From Utricularia gibba (taxonomy: Eukaryota; Plantae; Magnoliophyta), in NCBI GenBank assembly GCA_002189035.1, contig NEEC01000019.1, forward strand, positions 1,240,001 to 1,304,000: 64,000 nucleotides of DNA. Reading direction: 5' to 3'. The notes beneath the pieces are model-generated. The model had not been told where the DNA came from. It searched no databases and saw only the letters and a list, made by a program, of their open reading frames with translations. The translations under genes and the position numbers were made by a program. This document shows positions 49,149-62,311 of the stretch, piece by piece (the stretch's first letter is position 1; every line of letters starts with the position of its first letter).

Positions 49149-52100
49149 ATGAAGCTGTTGCATCAGTTTTTTTGGGCGGCTTTGGCCTTTGGAGTCGCGA
49201 TTATTACCATTTACGTAGTTGGTTTATCTAGTTCGCGTAGGTTTACGCTGGAGAATGCAATTTGAAATCTCGTTCCTTACATTGTTTTTGCGAGTTAGCG
49301 TTGTTTTGGGTTGTATGAGAGCGTTACTGGTGTGTTCTTAATTTGCAGATGGGGATATCGATATTTCAAGTGATGATCATGAAGCATTGAGGTCTCTGCG
49401 GAGCCATTTTCAGAAGTGCGTGGTAAGTTTTGCATCTGTTACAGTGCTCTTCTTTGTTAAACATGGACTGGATCGGATGTAGGAGGATCTGGCCAAAATC
49501 AAATTTTCTTGGTAGGCATAGTCAGTTTTTCAACTGCTTTTTACCGAGTAAACAAAATGTTTGGCTAAAAATAGATGCAATTTGACGTGCATTCGAAAGG
49601 ACAAAATTTCGTCTGCAGGTTCAGCTCCTCCGACTAGTTATCACCAACCATTTAGTTAACTATGCAATGTTTTAAAGAGCTGGGTATCAGGAGCGTGGGT
49701 TCCCCTGTATGATCCTGAAGGATATTAAACTAAAGAAAACCATTAAAAAATACATCTATTAATTTTCCATCTTTATGGTTTGGATACAGCATATGGATGT
49801 AAAGTCTGCTTTTTCTCTTATGATGTGTGATATATTTTGCTTTCTTCGTCTTGCATGTCTTATGAATATCCCCACACAATACAGAGTGCTAATGGATTAG
49901 GCTTGCAAGTGGTTAGTCATCAGGATGACTGTGAGATTGTGATGGAGTTCCCAAGCGATACAATTCCAAAATGGGTATGTATTTATGATTTACTGAGCTA
50001 TACGTGATATATTCTCTGTTTCTAAATGACTATAGCTCTCTGTGAAAAATCCGTTTAGAAAGATCCGAAAACTGGGGAACTTGAAGGCGTGTCTTATAGT
50101 TTCAATCTCTGTGAAGCTGTAGCTACATGGGAACAGGTCAGTGCAGAAGGAATTTTTTTTAGAATATGTAGCTACGTACAACTACCATTCTTTTCTTTTT
50201 CTTTTTTCTTGTAACCACCAAGAGAATTATTGTCTTTATGAAGCATATGCCATTTATGGTTTTTTTTCTGCAAACATTAACTGATCTTGCTTGACAAGAT
50301 ACATCCAATTTATTATTTAGTGGGATTTTCCCAGGTGCGGAATAGTACGTGCATTCTGACAAGAGAGTTCATCGACATGCTGCCAAATGGATGGGAAGAC
50401 TATGCCTGGAAGAGAATCAACAAAGGCGTTTTGCTGTGAGAACCCTGCTTTATGAATCTTCCCAATGTGTGAGTTTTAGTTTTTTTTATATTGAAAAAGG
50501 AAAAAGAGTTATCGATGAGCACGTTGAGTAAAATACTTCACACACACTCTCTAAATGACCTGATTTTCTTTCTTGGAGATAGTATACGTGAGTGTTTTTG
50601 CAGCTTTTCCTTTGGAAATCTAATGTTATGTTGGCCATTTTCAGAAGTTGGATCTTCATACATAAAAATTTCTAGGTCTTCTAATATAAAGGACTGCATT
50701 TTATTCTCAAGTTTTCAATTATGCTCTATGCACTCTCCTTTGTTAACCAGTTTCACTATATACTCTCCCTCTCTGTATGCCCTTCCATCATCATCCTTGG
50801 GTAACTTGTGATCTATGTCTTCCTAATTTTCTTTATAGTTCTGTATTATTACTGTATCCACTGATAGAATCAATCACACCGGATTGTTTTACAATGAGTA
50901 ACTTTTGCTCCAGGAACAATTGTCAGAATAGAACTCTATGCATGGAAAAACTCTCTTTAGTTCTTCCTGATAGACCACCTTATATACCAAGGCAATTTGG
51001 CCGATGTGCTGTTATTGGAAACTCTGGGGACCTCCTAAAAACCAAGTTTGGCAGGGAAATTGATAGCTATGATGTTGTAATCAGAGAGAATGGAGCACCC
51101 ATAGAGGTTGTAACAAGTCTTTTTGATTTCAATCCTCTTTTGGAAATTTATCTATTCTCTGAATGTGCAACTGCCGTACGTTTTATGCAGAACTTCACAG
51201 AATATGTGGGTACAAAAAGTACATTCCGACTGCTGAACAGAGGCTCAGCTAAAGCTCTCGACAAAGTTGCTGAACTATACGGTATGCGTTGCAATCCTCA
51301 AATGTATTGCACGCTTATTTATTGTTCCTGGACGCTGACAAATTTTGAACTCCAGACAGGGGGAAGGAGGTCTTAATCATCAAAACGACAATCCATGATA
51401 TCATGAACAAAATGATTCGGGTTTGCTTGCTACTTTTCTTATGGCGTATGCACATCGTTGTATGAACTACAGTGATATGACACGTGCCTTTTGTAATCAT
51501 TATTACCCAACCAGATAGTTTGCTTGAGCTGCTTATATTTTTGAGCTAGGATACATGCATGTTTTGTGTGAGAATAATTTTGTGCCAGTATTTTGTTTTA
51601 AGGGGGTTTGTTTTTTTTAGTTCTCGTCCAATAAATTGGCTTACAGATGGTTTTTTTAGGAAGTTCCGATATTGAACCCGGTATATCTCATGGTAGGCGC
51701 ATCCTTCGGCTCAGCTGCAAAAGGTACTGGGCTCAAGGCACTTGAATTTGCTCTCTCCATGTGCGACACTGTTGATATGTATGGTTTCACTGTGGATCCT
51801 GGTTACAAAGAATGGTTTGTATCCTGTGTGTATCTAAATGATCACAATTTCTGTTTTCCAAGGACCTTATTATGATTTCTCGACATATCTCAGGACTAGG
51901 TACTTTTCAGAGTCTCGAAAAGGTCACACTCCTTTACAGGGAAGAGCTTACTATCAAATGATGGAATGCCTTGGGGTAAGGTTTCGCCTTTCCTCCTATA
52001 GGTTGCAAATCGTGAAAATATTTTTATGGCAAATCTGTTTAACAAATCCTATAACCCAACAATACCAAGCACAAGCATGCATGTTACTCTACTTCGATTA

Positions 52101-52622
52101 ACAATGATTTTAGATCTCTGTTATATGTGCCTTCACTTTAATTATCAGGATGTTTTGTTATAGATTCAGCAACTCTGAAGGTTTCCTTTTTCTGTTCTTC
52201 CAAGCTTATTAAAATCCATTCTCCAATGCGTGCGGACCCAAACCGGGTTGTCAAATGGGTACCAAGCCGCAGCTTGATCACTGCAGCCCGAATTGCCTCC
52301 GAGAAGTTGTTAAAGTACAGTAAAATCCTCCAAAACTCACTAATTGTATTTCCCTCAATCGCTTCTTAAAAGACCGGTGCTTGTGTTGGATTTGTACTAA
52401 AACTTTGTTTTGTTTTGGGTTGACAGGAGAGTCGGAGCTGGATTTTCAGATCCTCTAGCTGCTTGCTCAATCCTGGCCAAACACGAAAAGAGCAAGGAAG
52501 AAAAGCTCACACAGTTATCATATTCTGATGCCTCTATTATTTATGCACGAGGTGCCACCATCACCATGTATCCTATGGAGCACCATCCTGGACACGGCCT
52601 TCTCTGTGTCCTACGTGTCTGA
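49149..52622 (+). CDS. SIA2: Sialyltransferase-like protein 2 (GT29 family, At3g48820-like)
   Basis: Type II anchor [15 protein letters not shown].., [18 protein letters not shown], sialylmotif-L [62 protein letters not shown]. The junctions I checked are in frame. Confidence 0.93.
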
Positions 52623-53615
52623 GTGAAACTTTAGATCCATGATGTGATATCAACTTGGGAAAAACATCATTGTCCATTCACTAGAATTCATAGTTATAAA
52701 ATTCATTTGATGCCACTCTCATTCTGTGTATGGCATCCTGTACCTGCTTCTTTTTCTAGATGGGGCGACTTTGCACCCTCCCACGAGTCAGGAGCTTGGT
52801 CCCATTGGTTGTAAAACTTTAGTTTTGAGTGGGAGGGAGGGATGGGTGTTGAAGGCGAAAGAACATTGAATTTCAACAGCCATATGCCTACGGAGTTGGA
52901 CCCCCAGAAAGGCTCATTTAATTTGGATTGGACCCCAAAACCTTTTTACTGCATCGGAGAATGTTGATTGGATCGGGGTCGGGGCTGGGGGGTGTGCCCC
53001 GGGGACCCTTTTTTCACCATGCTATCTCTTCCTTTATTCACAAACAACCAACAAGAAACCTTTTTTATTCCTCATACTCCAATCCCACTGACCGCATCAC
53101 TCCTGAGCCTCTGCTTCAGATCCGGCCCGTGTGGGAATGTAGACCAGAAAACCAGTAACCATGAACGGGATGAAGTTGGAAAACTTTATGCTTATTTTGT
53201 AGATCTGGAACGAGTTGAAGTTGGGTTTAGTTTATGTTCTGTGTTTTCTTTTTCTTTTTTATCTCTGGATAAGAAATGCTACAGGGATGGGGATAAAAGG
53301 TCTTCTGGTATTATTGATTGGTTGATCATCATCTATATCCTTGCAACACTACCAAACAAGAGTGGTTAGCTTAGGCGACCATTTAAGGCCAAAAGATGGC
53401 GCTGTGCGGTGCTGGTGGGAAAGTTAGTTTGCTTTGTTCTTTCTATGGTTCTGCTGTGCTTTGCTCATCTCATGTGCCTTTGGTTTAGTTTAGTTATTGC
53501 AAAAAGGTTTGCTTTTTTGGCTAAGTCCACGGCATTCCTGTGGCGCGTTGCCGGTTCCCGGTGAAAGTTTAGGATACCAGCAGCCGCGGCGCAGATCCGG
53601 CGACTGCCCGCCGTC

Positions 53616-55323
53616 ATGATAGATGCTGGGACAGCCGAGAAGAAGGCGTTCGTTACGCAGCAGGCGGAGGTCCTTGAGCAGCTTCAATCCCTTCTTGAAT
53701 CGGCTTCGCAAGTCCAAATCTTGAAGGGGAAATGGCTGCAAATAGCCAACAAAGTCACCACTCTGGAGACCCGTCTCTTGGACCTCTCAGTTTCGGAAAT
53801 GGAGGTCAACCCACTTTCGTCCGAGCTCATGGCCTCGATTTCCGGCAGCTGCTCCGTCGCCTCCTCCCTCGCCGTCGTCTGTCGTTCGCTTGCTCCGCCG
53901 GGCGGGAAGCTTAATACCCAGAACAAGGTCGATTCTTTATGCGCTGAACTCGATGCTCAAATAAACGATCTGGACGTTCTTATGAAAACCGGAGTTATAT
54001 CAGAGACGGCGTCTGTTTCCACAGCGGTTGTATCATCCGGTAAAAGGGATTCCGTTCGGGTCGAGACCCGGAATTTGATGACCCGTCTTCAGATCGGATC
54101 AACTGAATCTAGAAGCTCTGCGCTTGATTCCCTCCTGGGCCTCTTACAGGAGGATGATAAGAATGTTCTGATTGCGGTGGCACAAGGAATAGTTCCCGTC
54201 TTAGTGCACCTGTTGGATTCCAGTTTCTCCCATGAAATCAAGGAGAAAACAGTGACGGCGATTGCAAAAATCTCATCTTTGGATTCAAGCAAGCACGTCC
54301 TTCTCTGTGAAGGTCTAGTTTTGCTGAATGATCTGATGCGAGTGCTCGAATCCGGAAGCATTTTCGCCAAGGAGAAGTCGTGCATCGCTCTGAGAGTCCT
54401 GAGCACATCAAAGGAAAACGCAAGGGCGATCGGTTCCAGAGGTGGGATCTCCTCTTTGCTTGAGATTTGTCAAGAAGGTACTCCCAATTCACAAGCTTTA
54501 GCAGCTGGGGTTCTCAGAAACTTAGCTGTTTTCGAGGAAATCAAAGACAACTTTCTAGAGGAAGACGCAGTGTTGATCCTGTTAGGAGTGTGCAATTCAG
54601 GGACTGCGTTAGCGCAGGAAAACTCAATCGGTGTTTAAACAATTTGATATCTGGGGACGACGATCTGAAACTGTTCCTTGCAAAAGAAGGTGGCATCGAG
54701 AGTCTGAAGCATTTCTGGGATTCCTGTCCAAACGCACAGACCCTCGAAGTCGCGGTTCAAATGGTCGCAACAATGGCGACTTGCCCCAAAGTTGCAGAGC
54801 TTCTTGTCGGAGATGGTTTTCTCGTCCGTCTGGTTACCCTGTTGAATTCCTGTTTCCTCGGCGTCAGAATCGCCGCCGCAAAAGGGCTCTGCCATTTGGC
54901 TCACAGCAGTAAAACAGTAAAAGAATTGGGTGAAATCGGCGCCATCCCTCTCCTCGTCGCCATGCTCGACAACAAAGCCGTCGAGGAGAAGAAATCTGCG
55001 GCCAAACTTCTGTCAATCGCGATGACCTGCTCAGGGAACCGAAGGATCTACCGCAAGCAAGAGAAGAACATCGTCACCACCGTCAAAATGCTGGATTCCT
55101 CACTGGAGATCATCGATAAACTGTACTTGGTCAGCACACTGGCGCCGTCGTGCATCATAACCGGAGCAGGAAGCAGATGATCTCCGCCGGCGCCGGCGGT
55201 TACCTGCAGCGGCTCGTGGACGCCGACCTCCATCCTGCCAAGAAGCTTCTGGAGGGTCTACAGAGCAGCAAGCCATGGCGAGTCTTCGCCAAGGCTTCTT
55301 CCAGACCAGTCACGCCTCCTTGA
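53616..55323 (+). CDS. Armadillo-repeat protein (At5g50900-like), intronless
   Basis: GGKLNTQNKVDS, RNLMTRLQIG, LQEDDKNVLIAVAQG, LESGS.FAKEKSC, KENARAIGSRGGISSLLEIC, GVRIAAA. Frame restored by +1 at about 54630 and about 55144; ends ..WRVFAKASSRPVTPP* at 55323. Confidence 0.9.
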
Positions 55324-55866
55324 CACGGTGTATGTACGAGTGTCCATCTCTCTGCATACGTACGCGTCGCCGTGTCGGGCCGTACAATGTGCATTCCATT
55401 TACCACAGTTAACGCTTGACAAATGACGTGTGATTCGTGGTCTCCGTTTGGTTAGCAATTCAGCACGTGAATTAAACCAGTGAAATGGACAACTCACCTC
55501 TTACAAAATCAAAATGAAATTTTTGAAATAAATGTAATAAATGTCCATTATTGTTTTTAAATAAATTCAAAAAATTAAATAAAAATAAAACGCAATAAGG
55601 GAATAAATAAATACCCCATGGACCTATGAATTGGACATGTGCAGGAAATTACTTCAAGTTCTCACATGTCAAATCGCGTCTATAATGAATATAAATTCTA
55701 ATAAAATAAAAATTAAAAATCTGTAATTTCTTAAAATAAAAATATTATAAAAATATTTTTTAAAAGTACCTTTTTAAACATGATCCTACAAGAATGAATT
55801 TTGTTTACTTGTCTAACCTGAGCAAAACAGAAGGCTCAAAACTGAAGCCCATGTTCTAAAAGATGA

Positions 55867-58006
55867 TCAAGTCTCCATATGTTTACACTCTTCGTCTACT
55901 TTCCCCACAGCTTCCAGTATGGATGAGTATGTAATCAGGTTGTATTCAAATCCACCCGATCGCATCTCCTTCATTAGCCTTGCAGCTTCTTCAAACATAC
56001 CAGCACGGCTGAGGCAACCCAACAGGGTGTTATACGAAACGGCATCTGGTTTCGTATTCGAATTCTTCATCTTATTGAACATCTCGATTGCTCTTTCTGG
56101 GCTGGTGGCTTTGGCCAGGCCATTCAACACAATGTTGTGAGAGTTCAGATCAGGGGTGCAGCCATTTTCTTGCATCTTTCGTAGCAATGACTGAGCCTCA
56201 TCAGCTAGGCCGGCTCTTACCATCCCAGACATTAGTGCATTGTATGCATAGACATCAGGGTGGCAGCCAAGTCTCTTCATCTCATCGAAAAGATCAATGG
56301 CCTCTGCTAATCGACCACACTTGCTGTACTGCTTTATCATCACAGCATACACACGAGCAGTTGATGAGCCACAGTTTTCTTTGAGTTCTTGGAACAGCTC
56401 ACGGGCAGCATCATAACGTTTAGCTCGACCAAGGCTGTTTATTAAGCTGCAGTATGCAGCTGGACATGGTGGATGACCCTTTTCATCCATCTCCTCAAGC
56501 ATCAACAATGCTTTCTCCAAGTTGCCTTTCTTGCAGAACCCATCTATTACAATAGAATAGGTGTAAGAGCTAGGAGTCAGACCACTCGCCTTCATTTTCT
56601 CATACCATGCAGTTATATCGCAAACTGGGGCTTTCGATTCAATGAGAGCCTTAATAATAGTGTTGTAAGTCACAGCATTTGGCTTACATCCTAAAGACTC
56701 CATTTTGTTGAAGAGCTCGATAGCATCAGCTAAACGTCCTCCCTTGCCTAAGATATTTATCACATTGTTCATGAGTACTACATCTGGCTTCAAGCCACCA
56801 TTAAGCATGCCAAAAATATCGAGTATGCTTCTTCAACCCTGCCTGCAGAACCAAGCCCTCTTATAATTTCAGTATATGTATACACTGTTGGTACACAACC
56901 TTTGGCCTTCATCTCTTGGACTAATCCTAACGCCTTTTCAACCGTACCTTGTTTGAAGTAAACCCTAATAAAGACGTATATATCTTCGCAGTTGCATTTA
57001 AACTGTTATCTTTCATTTCTTCAAACAGCCTGATTGCCAAATGATCACGCCCCAATTTAGCGTAGGCAGAAATTAGAGCACTGTACGTTACTGTATCAGG
57101 AAGGCAGCTACCTTCGTTACACATTTCATTGTACAGCTCGTGAACTTTGTCATATTGACCCTCCTGCATCAACATCAGTATCATAGCGTTATAAGTGCCA
57201 ACAGTCGGTTTGCACTTGCGATTCTTAATCTGGTAAAATGCCAGCAATGCTTTATTCACCATCTTGACCCGGCCAAGAACTCTTATTATCTTGATCATAT
57301 CAGCTTGACCAATAGGGCATGAGCTCTTGATCATTTCTTGAATCGTCTTCCATAATCCACCGACTAGACCAGCTTCCTCTAAACAACGGAGTAAAGCAAT
57401 GTACGTAGAAGAATCATGCTCAAAATTTCTTCTCTTCCCAGCCCACTTGAAGAACTGCACTTTCACACTAACGTCTACATCTACCTGCAAAACCTCAAGG
57501 ACAAGCCTATGGTCAACTCTCAATTTCAAAACTTCCAGGGCTTTTTCCGCATCTGCACCCCATTTAAATATCTTCAATATCCTTATAAACCTTTCGTCGA
57601 GCACCCTCCCTGCATTGTTTCTCCTTCTGGATGGATGCACACCAAAACCTGATCCATCCTCTTTTGGAATCCCCGCGGTGAACATTTGAACAATTTCATT
57701 TTCTGGATTGGGCAAGCAAGAATCAATGGCAACAATTGTAAGAAATTCCCGCAAATACAGCATCCAAAGTTGGCCACATAAAAAATGCAATCCTTACGAC
57801 CATACCAACCAACTGATAATACAACAAAAATGAAAATATACTGAGAAGAAAAACCATACGGCACTGAAGGGCACTCATTACCCCACTTCACCTGTTTGCT
57901 TTATTCTCTCGCATAGAATGTGGGAATGGGAGAAGAACCGCGGGAATATACACTGAATCAAGCCCGAATTCGAGCTTGAGAAGATTTGTTCCCGGCAACT
58001 ATGCAT
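55867..58006 (-). CDS. P-class PPR protein (At3g16010-like)
   Basis: ERIKQT|ENEIVQMF across intron 57891-57703; LDERFIRILKIFKWG.DAEKALEVLKL, FFKWAGKRRNF, PPCPAAYCSLIN, many PPR repeats. Two -1 deletions (about 56964 and 56811). Start codon tentative. Confidence 0.92.
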
Positions 58007-59277
58007 CACCCCCTTACAAAACCACCAACACAAATCCGACAAGAAATCTTCAAGCCATTGCCAAAACCGCAGACAACGGATCATTAACAACAGCAACTAC
58101 GAACACCCTTCTTTCTGGGCAGTTGGGCCCTCGGTTCAAGCATGAACATTTCGAAACAGACCAGGCCCATTGGCCCAAATCTACCTGATAAAATAAAATT
58201 TCAAATTAAATAAATTTATAAATCTTATTTCATGTAACAAATATAATGGTTTCAGTATCGAACACATAAAACTTATACTAAAGTTCATACAAATGTACGT
58301 AAAACTCAAACATGGAGATCATAAAAATTTAATGATTCACATAAAACCACGATCGTTTTATACAATATTATCTGTTTTGGACATATAATTATTATGATTT
58401 TATATTTTTATAAAATTAAGAAATTTTCTCTATTTAAGTACGTTTTCTTTATATCCATACCAATGTGGAATATTGTTATAAGGCCCCTGACTTTATATTA
58501 TGAAGATTATAAAACATTAACGGACTTGCATAAAACTCAAAACACAAATGGTGTACATGAAGATGGCTCTAATGAAAGTTTAGTAGAGGGCGGTTTTGAT
58601 ATTGTGGTGACGTGAAACTCTGAAAACATTGACTTGTTGGTACGTGGAGTGCCTTGAGGAATACTCTCTTGTTACTCAAAAACTATTATTTTTCCGTTGG
58701 AAACCTTCTTCCTGAGCTGCACGTAAGCCCCTGGTTTTGGTCGCATGAGATATTCGACAAATTTATTCAACTCACGAGAGGTGAAATTTGGGAAGCTCCA
58801 TCCATTTCTTAGCCCATTGTGAACTGATTCAGTTCACCTAAAGATAGCCATCATCTGCAGATTGTTAACTGAACTGTTGACAGTCGTAATCCTGTGCTTA
58901 TTGTTCCCTTAATCCCGATTCTCATTTCCTTACCTTCCTTGGAGCTCATTCAGTTCTAGAAGCGCTGTTAAAACGACCAAGGTGCTAGTTTTGATGCAAA
59001 AGAATGGGAATTGGAGAGATGGAAAGAATGTGGGTAAAACCCAAATTTGGAAGAGGGGTGAAACATTGTATTGTTGAAATTCATAATCTGATACATCACA
59101 CGAATACATTTAAAATTCAAGTATATATGAATCGTATATCATATTAGAAAATATGTGTTATCGTTTGTTCTAATTCATATTAGCGTCATGTTTTCTTTGT
59201 TTGGTCTATAAATAGTTGCATCTCTTCATGGTTGGTAGTTTCATTTTGTGTGAGCAGTTGGAAGCTCCAAGGCTGGG

Positions 59278-60491
59278 ATGGCAATTTTCAGAGAGCACCA
59301 CGACTGGGCGAATGTTTTTGGTGTTCTTGGTAATGATCAATGTGGTCGAAATTTGATCTCCCTGCTCTTGATTCATTTAACGAACTTGATGAAAAACTGC
59401 CTACTCAGGAAATGTCACCTCAGTCATGGTGTATCTTTCTCCCATGTAAGCAGCAAAACCCTCTCTACCTGAGCTTTTCTGTGTGTTTTTGAATGCTTCA
59501 CGAGCAGACGTCTGTGTTGCAGGCCGAGCTTTTATCGAATACATAAGAAGAGATCCAGTGAAGGGTTTCAGTCCCTGCCCTACGTGGTCTCCCTCTTCAG
59601 CTCCATGCTGTGGATGTACTACGCGCTTCTCAAGGACACGAGCTACATCATCACCATAAACGCGTTCGGGTGCTTCATCCAGACGATGTACATCGCTTTG
59701 TTCTTCTTCTACGCGCAGCGGGAAGCGAGGGTATGTCTCCGATCATCGAAAGCTTTCGTCTTTTTCATTTAGGGTTTACGCCGGAGCCTGTGTGGCGCCT
59801 GCAGCTACACACCTTGACGGCGGTGGTGCTGGTGCCTCTGTTGGGTTTTGGATTGATGTGTGGGTTAACTCTGTGGCTGATTCCAAACCCAGAAAGGCAG
59901 ACAGTTGTGGGATGGATCTGCCTTGTCTCCTCTGTCTTCGTGTTTGTTGCGCCGCTGTGCGTGATGGTAAGTAAGGAAGCCTCGCTTCGTTTCAACACCA
60001 CGCTGCCGGTTTCTTCACCGGCGTTTGATTGCAGGGACAGGTGATCAGGACGAGGAGTGTGGAGCACATGCCGTTTCTGCTATCCCTTTTCCTAACAGTC
60101 AGTGCAGTCATGTGGTTCCTGTACGGCCTCACCATCAGCGACATCAACATCGCTGTAAGTCTCATCGGAAGAACCAAATCTCCACCATCAATCAGATTAT
60201 CAACTGCTTCTAAAACGGGGATACGGATGGTTTCCATTGCATGTTTCTGCTGCTGAAATGACTAACCAACTGCTTGTTCCTGGATCCCAGATTCCGAATG
60301 TCGTGGGCTTCACCTTAGGAGTTCTGCAGATCGCCCTCTACATGTGCTACAAAGATGCGAACAGAGTCGATAAGGTTGCTGAGAATGAAGCACATGCCAC
60401 CGTTCTCGAGAATGAGAGGATCCCACAAACCCTGAAGCTGGCCGTGATACCCTCCGACGACATCCGCCTTGACGACGCTCATCGACCGTGA
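59278..60491 (+). CDS. SWEET: Clade III SWEET sugar transporter
   Basis: Six-exon SWEET layout; [81 protein letters not shown] at about 59207. Confidence 0.93.
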
Positions 60492-60985
60492 AATCCGCCG
60501 CCGCCGCCGTGCCGTTTCTGTACCATGCGTATGCTTATTAAGTATCAATTAAAAAGGGAGGCTCTAGCTGGTAAATAAAGCCCAACAAAGGATCGAGATG
60601 GGCCTTTAAGAAAGCCTAACACCTACTGGACCATTTAATAATGGCCCAGCAGAATTTTCCTTCATTTTAAATAATCAAAACAATGATTAAAATATCCATG
60701 AAATATTTTATAGTCTAATTTTAATGTTTAATATTTTATTTATAACTTTATGTTTAATTTTGGAAAATTAATGTTGCGAAGTGTACGGTAGTACATATTT
60801 TTATCTGCAATAAAAAAACAAACTACATTTAATTTGACCATTAAATTTACGAAAATTAAAAAAGGTGGAATAATATAAAAAGGCGAGCGTAATAACCCTT
60901 TTTTTTTAAAAAAATGTAATAATAATAATAATAATAATATAGACATCACTTGATTTTGATGGCCGGGTGAGTTGAGTGACGGAGA

Positions 60986-62311
60986 CTAGCACTTAACGGC
61001 GGCGACGTCAAGATTGTAACGGAAGGTGTTGGCGTACTGAAACGACAGCGTCCTCCCGTTAAGTAACGGCTTCCCGGCGTTAACGAGGCAGTCGTTGAAG
61101 CGGAGGCGTTTGAAAACACGGGGTTTATGAGTCGGGCGGAGCTGAACCATCCGCAGCTCAGATGTATCCCGCCGACGTCGCACCCCGTCGCGCACACGTT
61201 CATGATCTCCACGGTGTACGTCGGAATCCCATTCGGGAGCGGGGCGCTGGAACCTTGACTGATCACGATGTCCGACTTGGAACACTTTTCGCTCCATATC
61301 CTGGCCGGCTCCATCTTCTCTGCCAACACCAATCTAATGGTGAGATGAGAGAAAGAGAAGAAGAATAATGGGGGAATAAAATAGAATACACTCGAATTCC
61401 CACTGTAAAGTCGCTGTTAAGAAGACATTAATGGCGGATGGAGGCTTTTGGTCTGCGCAGGACAGGAAATATGCATTAAAAAAACCGTTGCCATGGTCTT
61501 ATGGTTCGACACACACGTGCCAATGCGAGCTAGGAATTCAGACCACACCGAGCACTGTAGAATCATAAGGCTGTTGTCGCATCCCAAGTAAAAAAGTTGC
61601 AGAAATTCAAAGCCAGGAGAAGGGGAAGGCAAAGGCTGAGGGTGTACAGAGGGGCTCAGTAGACAGATCACAATACCCAGAAAGTGTCGTACGCAAACAA
61701 GCAAAAGACAATTCAAAAAGTAAACTAGTAGCAGAGTGTGTGTGCACTGAGTCTCCATCTCCCTGTTTTGGGTTCAGATAAAGCGGGTTTTGAGACAGAT
61801 CCGAAATGGGTATTTGCTACAGAGGTCTGTCTTCCACTTCAGATCTCAGAAACTCAATCAAGACGATGATGTAAAAGGGTAGATTGTTTGTTTACCTTGG
61901 CTCATCAGCTTCCTGTGTGCAGGCCAGAGAGTCCCGTTGTGTGTGGTGATGGGGGTGGTGGGTTCAGTTGGAACTGGGAAGTACTCCATTGCTGCAAAGT
62001 TCGGGAATAATTGAAGATTAGATTAAACAAGGGATGGAGATAAGAGGACAGTGAACAAGATGAGAATTATTGGGTGCGAGAATTAATCACTTGTAGCTGT
62101 AAAAGATCGCAATAATCGAAGGAGAATTGCATTATTCTACCAACCGATCATTTAAACAGCTACATGAAGCGCGACCCACAAACCCAGAAGACGCACTCAA
62201 TGCTTCTGGTTTTCTCCTTTTACCTGCAAATAATCCGATGGTTACCAGCAAGAGCAACGCCGCCGTGGATATCGCTCCTCGCCGCCGTGAGCAAAATGAG
62301 CGGGAACCCAT
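60986..62311 (-). CDS. TPD1: TAPETUM DETERMINANT 1-like secreted cysteine-rich peptide
   Basis: Exons 62311-62224 (signal peptide [29 protein letters not shown]), 61991-61896 (..PAHRKLM) and 61319-60986 ([64 protein letters not shown]). One -1 deletion at GGGG 61120-61123. Confidence 0.92.

Noticed and set aside
4589-61123. Programmed ribosomal frameshifting or mass pseudogenisation as the cause of the broken ORFs
   Set aside because: No shared slippery heptamer or structure; unrelated essential genes are affected; the lesions fit homopolymer consensus error.
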